Origin: Babesia bigemina
Lineage: Eukaryota
Length of the DNA: 64,000 nt
Assembly: GCF_000981445.1 (NCBI RefSeq)
Contig: NC_027218.1
Location: 1,302,001 to 1,366,000, forward strand
Direction: 5' to 3'
Shown here: piece by piece, positions 24,866 through 35,634 of the stretch
Numbering within the stretch: position 1 is the stretch's first letter
Layout of the letters: each line of letters starts with the position of its first letter
Notes under the pieces: generated by a model
What the model saw: the letters and a program-made list of their open reading frames with translations, nothing else
Told to the model about the DNA's origin: nothing
Databases searched by the model: none
Position numbers and translations under genes: made by a program

Positions 24866-26589
24866 GCGCCGCAAAACAACTTTCACTGTCTTGCCATACA
24901 TCGGTTTGCCTGATACTCCCAACTTGATGACATTCACCATGCGGACTGCGCAGCGCATCAAACGTCCAATGTAAACTACAAATTGAGATTCGTGCGAAGT
25001 AAATTGTATAGGTTTAGAATCATTACTATATATATACACGATTGTTTAGTTGTACTCTTTTGATTACTACCTGTGTCAGTGAGGCGATATTTTTTGATGA
25101 AAACGTGTGTAATCCACCGGTACTATTTTCAACTGGGTGTACGCATTGTAATGGGGCGAACAGTAAGCGTCGTGTACGCGTAGGGGCTTCGAACTATGCC
25201 GTTGGCACTGCACCACTAGGACATCGTAAATGATGATGCATGAGGCCTACGACGTATTAAACACCACAACACTAGGCATCAGATCCAATTGTTCCTAGAA
25301 ATACGCGCAGCCATTGTGAAGACGCATAAAGGACTTTTAGCAAATAGGTAACGTAAAATGTAAGTATTTCGGATAAGAACAGATTGGCATAACCCATCAT
25401 ACAAAAATGCAACTTAAGAACGGGTAACACAGGCTTATCAATTTCGTCAATCTATTAAGAGACACGGTACAAGAAAATGTGACGTTATACAAAGTGGACG
25501 CCTACTACAGACGAGACAAGTATAAACGAAAACTTATGTTTACATGTCTGGAACCCAATGCGGTTTGTCAACTTATGGTTTCATCTCCATTTCTCACTTA
25601 GTAAGCATATTTGGAGTCTATACATCATCATGCGAGACAATCGCCTGCTTGTCCTCACCCATCCCATCGAGCTATAGGCTGTGGCTGAGTCCGGTAACAC
25701 CAAGAGATCTGAACTTTGCAATTTTCAATAACTCTCTGTCGTATCAAATTGTTTGTGATGTATATCGACGTGAATCCAGTGATCACCGGAAAATTGCTTT
25801 GTATGTCTTCCTACATCTGTTTCACGTGGCCATGCACCGACAAGGTAGCTGGTTGGCAACATTGGTAGAGTTAATGAACCACATTAATGAGTATAGTATG
25901 TTGCGCTTTGGCGCGTGTGGCAAAAATTGTAAGCCCTCTATAATGTAATATATTATAGCGATGGCTTGATCACACCCCACCCATTTCGGCAGTTCTAATT
26001 GCACAGCAACAACATTATGACACTTAGCTCACGGTACACACCGTAACAGGGGCCGTATACGTTTGCAGAGATTCGGAGGAGCTGTGAGAACAAAATGTAT
26101 CTGACATGGTAATGGCCATAATTATTCACGAGTTTGGGTCTATTTCAAGTTGTTCACTGCTATGTAATAACCTTTGTCTTACACCGCTTTCTGCAGCCAT
26201 TAAGACTTCATTACCTAGACGCTATTGATTTATGTTGAGGGTTCCACGTCACATTGTTGCAGACAATGTTCGGTGACGTCATTCCTGTATGGGCAGGAGT
26301 GTAGTTGACCGAGTCATAATATCATTTGAGATTCCTATCATTCATTAGGTCGAAGATTACCCTGAGCTTTTTATGTTAATTGGGTGGTATCCCGTTTATT
26401 CCTCAGTTATATCTTCATGCTTGCGTTTCTTGAACTTCTCCATCTCCACTAGGCCCTCTTAGCTGGCGTTCAGGATATGGAGACGATGCTTATGTACTTC
26501 CAACCATCTTACATGCGTCAAATTGGCTAATTAGCTTGAGTATTCCTCTCACTCTTGAGTTCCTATTCAATGCATAGTTATGATAATCT

Positions 26590-27200
26590 GCCTACTCCTT
26601 ACTACTCTTAATTCACACAATTGCTTCTCATCTGAATCCACCTTCAGTCATATTCATAGTTAGATCGGCAACCTTCCATACTGACGTCACATTCTCATCG
26701 ATCACGCACCGAAGGTTCAACTACTTGTGGCGGCGGAATAGGTAAAATGCCATTGCGCTTTCCGCATCTCGATTACAACATGCTTATATTCGTGTAATCT
26801 CCGCCCAGTTACTCGAGTCTCATTGTGATAATACCGTATTAGTATTATGTTAACACCGTGCAGTGGCAGTGGGGTGGCCCAGTAACTGCAGAGAAGCGGG
26901 ATAGAATTCGATGCGAATATTAACACGCAGCTTGCATCACCTCTAGCTGGTTCTTAAGGAAGTTTAACATTGTACTGCAGTTTGGAGGTTTTACCCCTCC
27001 TCCTAAGTGGAATATAATTTCGAGCTGTCTGGCTATTGGCGGTTGGATTAGGTGAGCGAGGCTGATGCCGTTTTTGTGGTAAATTTCAAATACGCCCTCA
27101 ATCGGGTATATGCGCAAGTAATGTAGTTTGGAGCACTGAAAGAGGAGTTTTCTAGCCGTCCAGTGCGTATCACATTATTGCAGGGGAATCAAGTATATGC
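26590..27200 (+). promoter_or_regulatory. Conserved ves upstream region, copy 1
   Basis: Collinear similarity with 47980-48600, e.g. GCCATTGC.CTTTCCGCATC, TTAGTATTATGTTAA.ACCGTGCAGTGGCAGTGGGG, GATGCGAATATTAA, AAGTAATGTAGT and GCCGTCCAGTGC.TATC. Confidence 0.75.
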
Positions 27201-27262
27201 AACCTCAAATTGTTGGTGGGCATATTGAAATTGCGCACTCATTAACCTCTTGCTTCTGAAGC

Positions 27263-30200
27263 ATGGCGCCTAAGAAGCTGACTGACTGCCCGGAAAACCT
27301 CCGGGAGGCTATCGACTGGTTGATCCAGGTCAAGAATGGCGGTGATGGTAGAGGTCTTGAAAATCTGGTGAAAGCTTTGAAAAAGTTGATTGAAAAGGCC
27401 AAAACTAATGCTACCAAGAGCCTCGATACCAGGAAAGACCAACTCGAATGTCCTACTAAATCCGCTTCTGGCAACGGTGTCTCCTACTGTAAGCAGAAGC
27501 AAGATGAAATTAAGCAAGCTAAAGAAGAACTTGAAACATGCAAAAATGATTCCGAACAAAAATCCAAAAAAGACAAAGACCTAAAAAAGCTTCAATCCGG
27601 CTTAGATGAGCATATTGCCAAAGATCATCCTCTTGATGAGTCTACTAGGCAGACTAAAATTGATGAAGTCAAAAAGCATCAAGAATTTGTTACAGAGTTT
27701 CAGAAGAATTTTAAAGACGCTTTAGATAATAACATCCTTGATAACCTCTGTTCCGGCCTCGAGAAATTCGTCGGCTTCGACTCTGCCACCAAAGGCTACG
27801 ACGGTACTGGCATCGTCTACTCCGACCTTGATAGGTTGTGTGACGCAGTGATGGCGTTCTTGCACGGGGTGTTGGAGAGTGTTAAGGATGATGATGCAGT
27901 TAAAACGTACGATAAATACATTACTTCAGGTAATTTAGATAGTGTTCTCACAAAATTAACTAAACAAATTGGCTCCGGGCGTACTGGGCTTGCAGAGTCT
28001 GTCGACGCGGTGAAGGGGTGGTTGGAGGGGTATGATGGGAAAGTAAGGGAGATGACAAAAAGTGTTGTAGGCGATGAAGGGACGATTAGGGATCTTGAAA
28101 ACCAGATTATCCAGAACATTCGCAATGTGAAATCGCTGGAGTCTAAAGGTTTTGACATTGCGCAATCTACGTGGGTCCAAACAGTGGCTAGGGATTTGTA
28201 CAGTAAGTTAAGTGACATTAAAAAAGCCATTAACGTGTTAGATCCGGAGCTGAAACATAAGTTGCAATGCGACTTTAATATAATTGAAATGGGAGTTAAA
28301 AATTTGGAGAGGTGCGCTGAGAGTGATCAGATTGAGTTAAATACGTTGGGCAGTATGTTGAGTGAACAACTCAGAGAAATGGAAGAAGCCATCAGCAAGG
28401 AGGCCATAGATAGAGGAAATATGTGCATTAATACTTTGGTAAGAGAATTCAAGACAAATATTCAGGCGCCTTTACTTTATGTTACCCATTCGTTGGAAGC
28501 TGTTAAAGCACGCCTGCAAGCTTGGAGCGATAAGGCTAAAGCGGTCGTGAGTATGGCGATAAAGAACATCGAAAAAATAAATAATAAGTTATTGAGAAAT
28601 GATAGAGATTATGGAAATGTGGAATTGGCTGTTCACACATTGAAACACCAGGCTGACGCACTTTGGAAGGCCATTGGAGCGGCTAAGATTAAGTTGAATA
28701 GTAAGGTAAGAGATGCGCTTTTGGAAGTTGACACTGTGGAGAGAGCGGTAAAAACGGGGTTGTATGAAGTAAGAGACGCTATTAATATGGGTATGGCGGA
28801 ATATGTGAAGAAATTTAAAAACTCATTAGAAGCTGGTATCAAAGCGGCCGGTAGTCTCAGTAAAGGCCAAACTGATTCATATAATGGGATTGACGCGTTA
28901 TGGCCGAATATGATTGAAAACGGTGTATTGAGGGAATTGGCATCTGGAATTAAAGTGGCCAAAACATCTCTCGATACAAGCAGTGTTGCATACAATTTGG
29001 AATATGCCCTAAAGTGGATTAACGAAGCCAATGAGACATGGAAAACTCAGCTTTCGAAGCCCGCAAATCTTCTCGATAGTCTACAAACAACTCTTACCGC
29101 CGACCTTCAGGCGCCCGTTGAAAAAGTGTTGCAGCAAGACCTAGGTGACTCTGGGAGAGGTGAAATGCAAATCAAGCTTGATCCCACGTATTTTTCGTTT
29201 TATCTTGGCGGTGGCGGAATGAGGGGCAAGAAACAAGCGCTTAACGAAACTATAAGTACGATTAAGACCGAGGTAGAAAATGAACTTACTAACATCGAAC
29301 ACGTTACCACTAATGTAGACAATAAAGCACTAAATTCAGCTTTCCAGGATATAAAAGATAAACTTGCAACTTTTATCGAAGCTATTAGAAAAATAATTGT
29401 GAATGTAGGAAACAGTAAGAAAATCGATAGCCCATCGGAGGACAGAGGCGTAATGAATCTGTTACACGATGCAGAAACGATGCTAAACAGAACGGAAGGT
29501 GGCAAAGGGATCACATATGATCTTTCCTTGGATCTTCAAGGGATTATGACGGCTACTGCTAGAATACTGGGTGAACCTGGTCAGGGCAATTCAGAAGGGA
29601 ATTTAAAAGATATATTAAAGCAGGCCGGTATATTCTACAGCACAACCATTCAGCAAAATATCGAATCCTTCATCTATGGAATAACCAATTTCATCCACGA
29701 CCAAGTTCACTTGAGATCAAATAACATGCGGCAAGACGCCCTAATTAGGTATGTTGAGACAACTAGAGTACAGCTGGAGGGATTGAAGAGCAGTATTAAA
29801 ATGCGACACTTTGAAATAGATAAAATCATAAATGCTGATAAATACACGAGTCTCAAAGGTCTTATAAAACAATTGCGCAACGCTTTAAGATCCGCGAATT
29901 TGGACGAACTGGCCAATGTGTCCCATCTGACATACAAGATGAACGATGTCTTCAAAAGTTTCTTTGAAGAGCTACAAAATCAGGAAGATGTAAAGCCGTT
30001 GACAGGATACGTGAACAAAGTATACAAATCGTTGGATGCATTAATGCGTGAGATGTTGACTAAAAGGCATTTCCACCATGAAGTCACGGTGCATCTTACA
30101 AGGTTCGGCAGCACTCTCAGTAAATTGGTCGTCGAAAGTATGCACGACGCGCCTAAGAGGGTGTTAAATCCCCTGAAAAATGGATTTGAGAAACTGCTTG

Positions 30201-32392
30201 TGGAACTCAATCAGACCTACGTCAACACCTACTCTGGGAACCCTTCGATTGAGAGCGACGAGAAATATGCTAAAATTTGTTTGACATCACTTAAGATTCT
30301 GCAGCGTGACATGGGAGCATTGAGGTCATGCTCTAACAAATGGCGTAAAGAACATATCAACTTATCGACCCATGTCGGCAATTTGCTGAAAAGCTACGGT
30401 TATGGTGTTGCGACAAATCCGGGAACTCGAGACGGCGAATTGCGAAATTGTGATGAGTTTACGGGTTCTAATATACAGGTAAAAATTAACGCCGCGATTT
30501 CAGGCGCGAACGGTAATGAACATCTCAACAACTGTAAACTTAGGGAACAGAAAGACATTAATATTATGGTCGTTCTTGCCTGCTTATGCAATCACCTGGG
30601 GCAGTATTATAATTGCTGCCATTACGTGATCCACCCTAAACCTACTCCTCCCTGTAACATATATCAGATGCTCGAGTGGCTGTGCGGCCTACCGCATAAT
30701 CCTGTTTATAGCAAACTTAAGGGAGAATGTAAAACGTTGTTTGACAAACCAAAAGAACGAGAACAAGACGAGTATTCCACCTTCAAACCATACGAACTCA
30801 CCCTAGATGCCACTACTGAGTTGTCGGCGGAATGTGTATTAAGCGAATTAGAAAAAGTATGTTACCACGCCGAAAGAGTATTGATTGCAATTCAAGGCAA
30901 CGGTCACGCCGAAGGGCGTTATGCCTGTGACTTTAGCACTAACGTGGACCAGTTGTCGTACCCGTCTGGCCCTGGTGCTTGCTTTGAATTACTGATAGAT
31001 ATTTTATCTAGAATATACCATCAACTCTACTTCCTAATGGCACAGTGTTCTCATAGTTCTGAGCTCAATGGTTGGAGTGACTGCTGGTACGGTAGTGGAG
31101 TTGCCGGTTCGTCATGGAAGTGCAATAGCCTTCAATGCCCCAACAAAACAGGTGACCTAATCCACAACCAAAGCTGTGACCAAAACTGTAGCCAAAAGCC
31201 TGAGTGTGGCCTTAAGTCACCTCTGCAATCATTCCTCGAAGATGGACTCCCTGGATTTTTGCCGCACTCTTTCACCAAACCTGGTTGCAAATTGGAATGC
31301 AGTGTGCCTAACCACAACGGTATTCCATGTATCACTCCCATGGGATTCAAGGATCTTAGCGTTAGAGCTTCACACAGGCAGACTGGTCAGTGTATCTACA
31401 GTGTACTTAATGATTTCTGTGGCTATTCGGATAAGCCACTTAGCAGAATAGATGCTTATGTTCTATGCCTAATGCGTACGCCGCCCACAACACTGGGTGA
31501 CATGTTCGCATTCTATTACAATTTCCTCGAAGGATTGAAAAGTATCGCTGGAGAGCATCAAATAAGCGCTCTCCATAACGCCGTCATTGAAGCCAATTTT
31601 GAAAATTCCTCCACAACATTAGACATTACTCCAATGTTTCACAGCAGAGAGCACTCACAGAAAACACACGACAAAGGTGACCTTCAATCTCTCGTTAGCT
31701 GTGATCTAACCTACATTCCTGCATACCCCTGCGGTCCATATGTAAGACCATTCACTAGAGACGTCCGTTGCATATTCTCCTCAAAATACAAGATGCAATA
31801 TCTCTCGTGGGTTTTGTATATCACTGAGACGTTTCACAAATTGCTTAAACAATTGTACGACGAATGCTGTAAGAATTGTACCGCCAAGGGAACCATATGC
31901 TATGAATTGAATTGCGCTCATGGTTGTAAAGTTAAGAACAAAGAAAAGCCGTCATCCACAGCTGAACATCAACGTGCTTGCAAGTCCATTGTCATGTGCA
32001 ATTTAACACTTCCGACATTACACAAATACGGCCTCTACTTCGGAAGCGCAACATGGCTCAGTGGCGCCAAAGATCACAGAGTGAAGAGGACTTGCGAAGA
32101 TTTTTGCCACACACTAAAAAAGGTCGTGTCTGACAGCTCCGTTATTTCACAACTTGTCCATGAAACAATTCCCAAATTCCTTTGGGAAATTAGAAGTAAA
32201 TTCTTCTACACCCTCCTTTCCCTCTGGCTCCTCTCTTTGTTGTACCTCACCCACATCATGGTCATCCGCCTTGACCTGCTCCACATCAAATCGCATTTGC
32301 ACTCACCCTCATCTCATCGCATAGCTGCTCAATCACTACTTGCTGCTGCACGCGTTGGCAAACTTGCCAAGATCACATACCTGCAACCTTGA
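27263..32392 (+). CDS. ves1: Variant erythrocyte surface antigen (VESA1-like), 1709 aa, intronless
   Basis: MAPKKLTDCPENLREAIDWL, GYDGTGIVYSDLDRLCD, Cys-rich C-terminal region SPLQSFLEDGLPG / PCITPMGF, a TM segment, and the tail RLDLLHIKSHLHSPSSHRIAAQSLLAAARV. Confidence 0.92.
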   Translation: MAPKKLTDCPENLREAIDWLIQVKNGGDGRGLENLVKALKKLIEKAKTNATKSLDTRKDQLECPTKSASGNGVSYCKQKQDEIKQAKEELETCKNDSEQKSKKDKDLKKLQSGLDEHIAKDHPLDESTRQTKIDEVKKHQEFVTEFQKNFKDALDNNILDNLCSGLEKFVGFDSATKGYDGTGIVYSDLDRLCDAVMAFLHGVLESVKDDDAVKTYDKYITSGNLDSVLTKLTKQIGSGRTGLAESVDAVKGWLEGYDGKVREMTKSVVGDEGTIRDLENQIIQNIRNVKSLESKGFDIAQSTWVQTVARDLYSKLSDIKKAINVLDPELKHKLQCDFNIIEMGVKNLERCAESDQIELNTLGSMLSEQLREMEEAISKEAIDRGNMCINTLVREFKTNIQAPLLYVTHSLEAVKARLQAWSDKAKAVVSMAIKNIEKINNKLLRNDRDYGNVELAVHTLKHQADALWKAIGAAKIKLNSKVRDALLEVDTVERAVKTGLYEVRDAINMGMAEYVKKFKNSLEAGIKAAGSLSKGQTDSYNGIDALWPNMIENGVLRELASGIKVAKTSLDTSSVAYNLEYALKWINEANETWKTQLSKPANLLDSLQTTLTADLQAPVEKVLQQDLGDSGRGEMQIKLDPTYFSFYLGGGGMRGKKQALNETISTIKTEVENELTNIEHVTTNVDNKALNSAFQDIKDKLATFIEAIRKIIVNVGNSKKIDSPSEDRGVMNLLHDAETMLNRTEGGKGITYDLSLDLQGIMTATARILGEPGQGNSEGNLKDILKQAGIFYSTTIQQNIESFIYGITNFIHDQVHLRSNNMRQDALIRYVETTRVQLEGLKSSIKMRHFEIDKIINADKYTSLKGLIKQLRNALRSANLDELANVSHLTYKMNDVFKSFFEELQNQEDVKPLTGYVNKVYKSLDALMREMLTKRHFHHEVTVHLTRFGSTLSKLVVESMHDAPKRVLNPLKNGFEKLLVELNQTYVNTYSGNPSIESDEKYAKICLTSLKILQRDMGALRSCSNKWRKEHINLSTHVGNLLKSYGYGVATNPGTRDGELRNCDEFTGSNIQVKINAAISGANGNEHLNNCKLREQKDINIMVVLACLCNHLGQYYNCCHYVIHPKPTPPCNIYQMLEWLCGLPHNPVYSKLKGECKTLFDKPKEREQDEYSTFKPYELTLDATTELSAECVLSELEKVCYHAERVLIAIQGNGHAEGRYACDFSTNVDQLSYPSGPGACFELLIDILSRIYHQLYFLMAQCSHSSELNGWSDCWYGSGVAGSSWKCNSLQCPNKTGDLIHNQSCDQNCSQKPECGLKSPLQSFLEDGLPGFLPHSFTKPGCKLECSVPNHNGIPCITPMGFKDLSVRASHRQTGQCIYSVLNDFCGYSDKPLSRIDAYVLCLMRTPPTTLGDMFAFYYNFLEGLKSIAGEHQISALHNAVIEANFENSSTTLDITPMFHSREHSQKTHDKGDLQSLVSCDLTYIPAYPCGPYVRPFTRDVRCIFSSKYKMQYLSWVLYITETFHKLLKQLYDECCKNCTAKGTICYELNCAHGCKVKNKEKPSSTAEHQRACKSIVMCNLTLPTLHKYGLYFGSATWLSGAKDHRVKRTCEDFCHTLKKVVSDSSVISQLVHETIPKFLWEIRSKFFYTLLSLWLLSLLYLTHIMVIRLDLLHIKSHLHSPSSHRIAAQSLLAAARVGKLAKITYLQP

Positions 32393-33000
32393 ATCACCTC
32401 ACCACCACTCACCTAACGCACTACCTAGCAACCCACCGCCTAACCTATCACTCACCAGAATATATTAGCTAATGCCTGCTCAGCAATTTGGCAGTTAATG
32501 TAGTTCATAAATAGATGTGTTCGTGGTTTGGAATGTAGAGTTGTGAGCTACCTGTAAAGCGTGCCCACGCCCTCCCATGGTTTCAGTGGGCAGTGATGTT
32601 GGGTGATAAGCCACCAACGTACGCTGCTGAAGCGTGGTATGATATGCGAAAGTGCGTTGTATGGAGCGTGGTTTATTGGTGAGCTAGCTAACATGTTTGT
32701 TGCTACGCAATGAATGTAGCCGGAGCAGTGATGTGATGGCCAGTGGACGGCGTAGTTAGGTGGCATTAATATGAACAGCTCAAATGATAAGTATATCAAA
32801 TGCGTATTTCAGCTCACATAGGCATTCGTTAGCGCAAGAATGTAGTGGCAGATGAAGGTATCTACAAGGTGGATTGACCAGATATAGGTGGAGTTGACTG
32901 CTCAACTGGTACCCGTTCACCTGCATGCCACGGACAGGACACCAGCCACATGCGTTACTTTGGCATCGCCTTTGTTGTGATATCTTCATAGTCGTGATGT
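32393..33000 (+). repeat. Conserved ves 3' flank / Cys-rich gene upstream element, copy 1
   Basis: Aligns by eye with 54496-55090 and the reverse complement of 62690-63289 (CTAGCAACCCACCGCCTAA, GTGCCCACGCCCTCCCATGG). Confidence 0.85.
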
Positions 33001-33149
33001 GACTGACCCTGCTTTAGACGGCGGTCACCTTGCTGCTAACGTAGCGTCGGTGGGAGACCATCAGTGTCCTTGGCTGAGGTACGCGGTTCATGCCTGTGCT
33101 GGTTGATGTGACGGGCTACGCCTTGCATAGGTGCGTGTTGATGAGTGTT

Positions 33150-33432
33150 TGGTGAGTGCTTGCTTGAGTGATTGATATGTTCGCAGGTTGAGGGAACTGG
33201 GAGCGGCAGTGTACGTGTTGCAGTAGGTGAGTGCGTTGCTTGAGTGATTGACATGTCTGCAGGTTGAGGGGACTGGGAGCGGCAGTGTACGTGTTGCAGT
33301 AGGTGAGTGCGTTGCTTGAGTGATTGATATGTTCGCAGTTTGAGGGGACTGGGAGGGGGAGTGGTACGTGTTGCAGTTGGTGAGTGCGTTGCTCAGGTGA
33401 TTGATATGGTTGCAGGTTGAGTGGACTGGGAG
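33150..33432 (+). repeat. 76-77 bp tandem repeat, about 3.7 copies
   Basis: GCTTGAGTGATTGA recurs at 33162, 33238 and 33314, with a variant at 33391. Confidence 0.92.
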
Positions 33433-33444
33433 GAGAGCGGGAAG

Positions 33445-33918
33445 ATGAGCGGAAAACTATGCTCCGATTGTAGTAGAAGTTGTTATCTTCCAATTTCTTG
33501 TAATTGCTGCCCCTGGTGTTGTACAAAATGTAGTAGTAGCGACAGGTGCAGTATATGTTCGCAACTCTACCAAGTGCGCATTGGTAACAAAACATGCCAT
33601 CCTTCTGGATGTGGTGCCGGAAATTATAGATGTACTAGCACCACCTGTCAATGTAACTGTTGTCTTCAGAAACGCCGTTCCTCCGGAGACTCCTCTCACA
33701 CCAGTGCTCAGCGTTCCACGAATGACATTGCCTCCACTGGCCTCACCGTTCCCATCATCATCGTCCCCGTCCTCATCCTCGTCATTATTTTCATATTGAT
33801 TTACGTCCTGTGCCTTATGCATCGTAAACACACAGACGATGGTGCTTGCAATAAGGAGTTTGAGCACGGATGCATAACTTGCGCCTTAGGCAACGCCTAT
33901 CCCTCTACCCTAGTATAG
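33445..33918 (+). CDS. Small Cys-rich single-TM protein (ves-linked), 157 aa
   Basis: CNCCPWCCTKC...CSIC...YQVRI...CQCNCC, a Ser/Thr stalk, and TM VPIIIVPVLILVIIFILIYVL. Paralogues occur elsewhere in the window. Confidence 0.8.
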   Translation: MSGKLCSDCSRSCYLPISCNCCPWCCTKCSSSDRCSICSQLYQVRIGNKTCHPSGCGAGNYRCTSTTCQCNCCLQKRRSSGDSSHTSAQRSTNDIASTGLTVPIIIVPVLILVIIFILIYVLCLMHRKHTDDGACNKEFEHGCITCALGNAYPSTLV

Positions 33919-34491
33919 CCTCACCTAACCGGCAAGTTTTTAGTTGATGAAGATTTGATGAGATGGCGTCGTGCTGGTTGATCTATTGGGATTGGTGGCT
34001 TCATGTGAATAGAAAAGTGGAACTTGTCCGCTGATAATCCAGGCCGTCATCCGATGGGTGATAGGCCCTCTATTAGGTTAGCAAGCGGCATGTGAGTGAG
34101 ACATTGCTGTATACCGACGTGATCGGTGGCAGCGTTGTGGTGATCGGAAACAACAAAGAAGCGACTTAGGTCACTTGGCCACATATCAGAGTAACCATGG
34201 TGGAACAAAGCAGATGTTTGACAGACTTGGCGCCTTGAGTGGATAGTACATTGTTAGTTGCTCTATTGCTAAATCACAATCAAGATGTCTTATGAATGCA
34301 TGCGGGAGGGTTTGTTAATGGCGTGTCAGCGTTGTGAGGTATGGATTTACGGCTGCCCCAGCACAAGGGGGATGGCATGGTAGGGGTGGGGGGTATAGGC
34401 ATTGTGAATCGTCAGTTGGTTGAGGGTGTTTGAAAGTTAAGGTTCGTTGTTCATCGTTGCGCAGTTTAATCGTCAAGTGCTCTGAATTAAG

Positions 34492-34659
34492 ATGGCTGGT
34501 GAAGAATACTGGGGCCCAGTTATTGGTGGCCTTATTGCATTCCCTGCCCTCGTTGTCTTGGTCCTTTATATTTGCGGTAAAGTCCATAACATGAGTCTTG
34601 GTGAGACCTTCGGCCGACTGCGTGACGCATTCCGTGATTCAAAGCCTTCACTCCAGTAA
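34492..34659 (+). CDS. 55-aa single-TM microprotein (below the ORF-track cutoff)
   Basis: MAGEEYWGPVIGGLIAFPALVVLVLYICGKVHNMSLGETFGRLRDAFRDSKPSLQ. The tail is identical to that of 60265-60483. Confidence 0.75.
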   Translation: MAGEEYWGPVIGGLIAFPALVVLVLYICGKVHNMSLGETFGRLRDAFRDSKPSLQ

Positions 34660-35028
34660 TACCATGGCCTTAGTCAGGTCAGATAGCGACCTTGTTGACA
34701 TGTAACATCTGGTGTCAATCTGATGACTTCCAATATCTAACATGATCGTAATGCATGTGGTCACTTGCAGCACGTTTAATTGAAGGTGGCCGAACAATGT
34801 AGCTATCGCAGCGTCATACATTCGTCGGACACCATGACAGTGCAGACATACTGTGCTATATCTAATCGCTACTGTAAACATTAATTTGGTCAGGTGCTAG
34901 GTCACCTCACTGCTCATGTGTTTGGTTATAAACGCAATCACTACCTTGTCTAGAACATTAGATGTCAGTTGCCAGTTAGGTGATCAGTGGGATTTTGATT
35001 ACGATGTTTGCGCTAACAATCGCTGAGT

Positions 35029-35634
35029 TTAGCTGTAAAACGCGATGCAGAACGGTACTTTGCGGACGAGGAAATCGCGGATGTTGCGGCCCACCGGGAA
35101 GCGGAAGATGCACAGGTCGAGCAGGATGATGGCGACGATTATGGCAACGATGACGGCGGCGATGGCTTGGGGAGAGGTGGAGGGATCTGGGGAGACAGTG
35201 ATGGAATGACCGTCACCATCGGAACCGAGATCACCGGACCGAGCAGCGGTAACGGGGAGAACAGCGGGCTGCTGTTCACCGGTGGAAGGCAGGGAATGCT
35301 CTCGACTGCTGGAAGACTCGGAAGCAGAGGCAGAGGAAGGCTGTAGAGGGGGGAGGACGGGGTTTTTACAGCTGTCAGGCTGCTCTGTACATTTCTTAAC
35401 ACAACAGTCACATTTGCAGTCTTTCTCCTTGCCTTCACATTGTTTCTTACATCTCGAAAGTTCGCATTCGTACTTTTTACCTCTGTTTTTGATGCGCACC
35501 ATGTAATGTGCCTTACATCCATTGCAACCGCTGCTACTCTTACATTTTTCACAACACCAGGTACAACAGTAACACCCGATACCCATTCGACATCCCATAC
35601 CACATATACACTTCATCCAATCCATCCCCGTCAT
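35029..35634 (-). CDS. Small Cys-rich single-TM protein (ves-linked), 201 aa
   Basis: CYCCTWCCEKC...CNGC...YMVRI...CKCDCC, an S/P stalk, TM AIAAVIVAIIVAIILLDLCIF, and tail ending PFCIAFYS. Confidence 0.85.
   Translation of the reverse strand: MTGMDWMKCICGMGCRMGIGCYCCTWCCEKCKSSSGCNGCKAHYMVRIKNRGKKYECELSRCKKQCEGKEKDCKCDCCVKKCTEQPDSCKNPVLPPLQPSSASASESSSSREHSLPSTGEQQPAVLPVTAARSGDLGSDGDGHSITVSPDPSTSPQAIAAVIVAIIVAIILLDLCIFRFPVGRNIRDFLVRKVPFCIAFYS

Noticed and set aside
25544..25948. 134-aa ORF in the spacer before the first ves gene
   Set aside because: No motif, paralogue or coding-like composition was seen.
33150..33432. Possible CRISPR-like array (also 62302-62592)
   Set aside because: The whole unit repeats with no unique spacers, there are no cas genes, and the context is eukaryotic.
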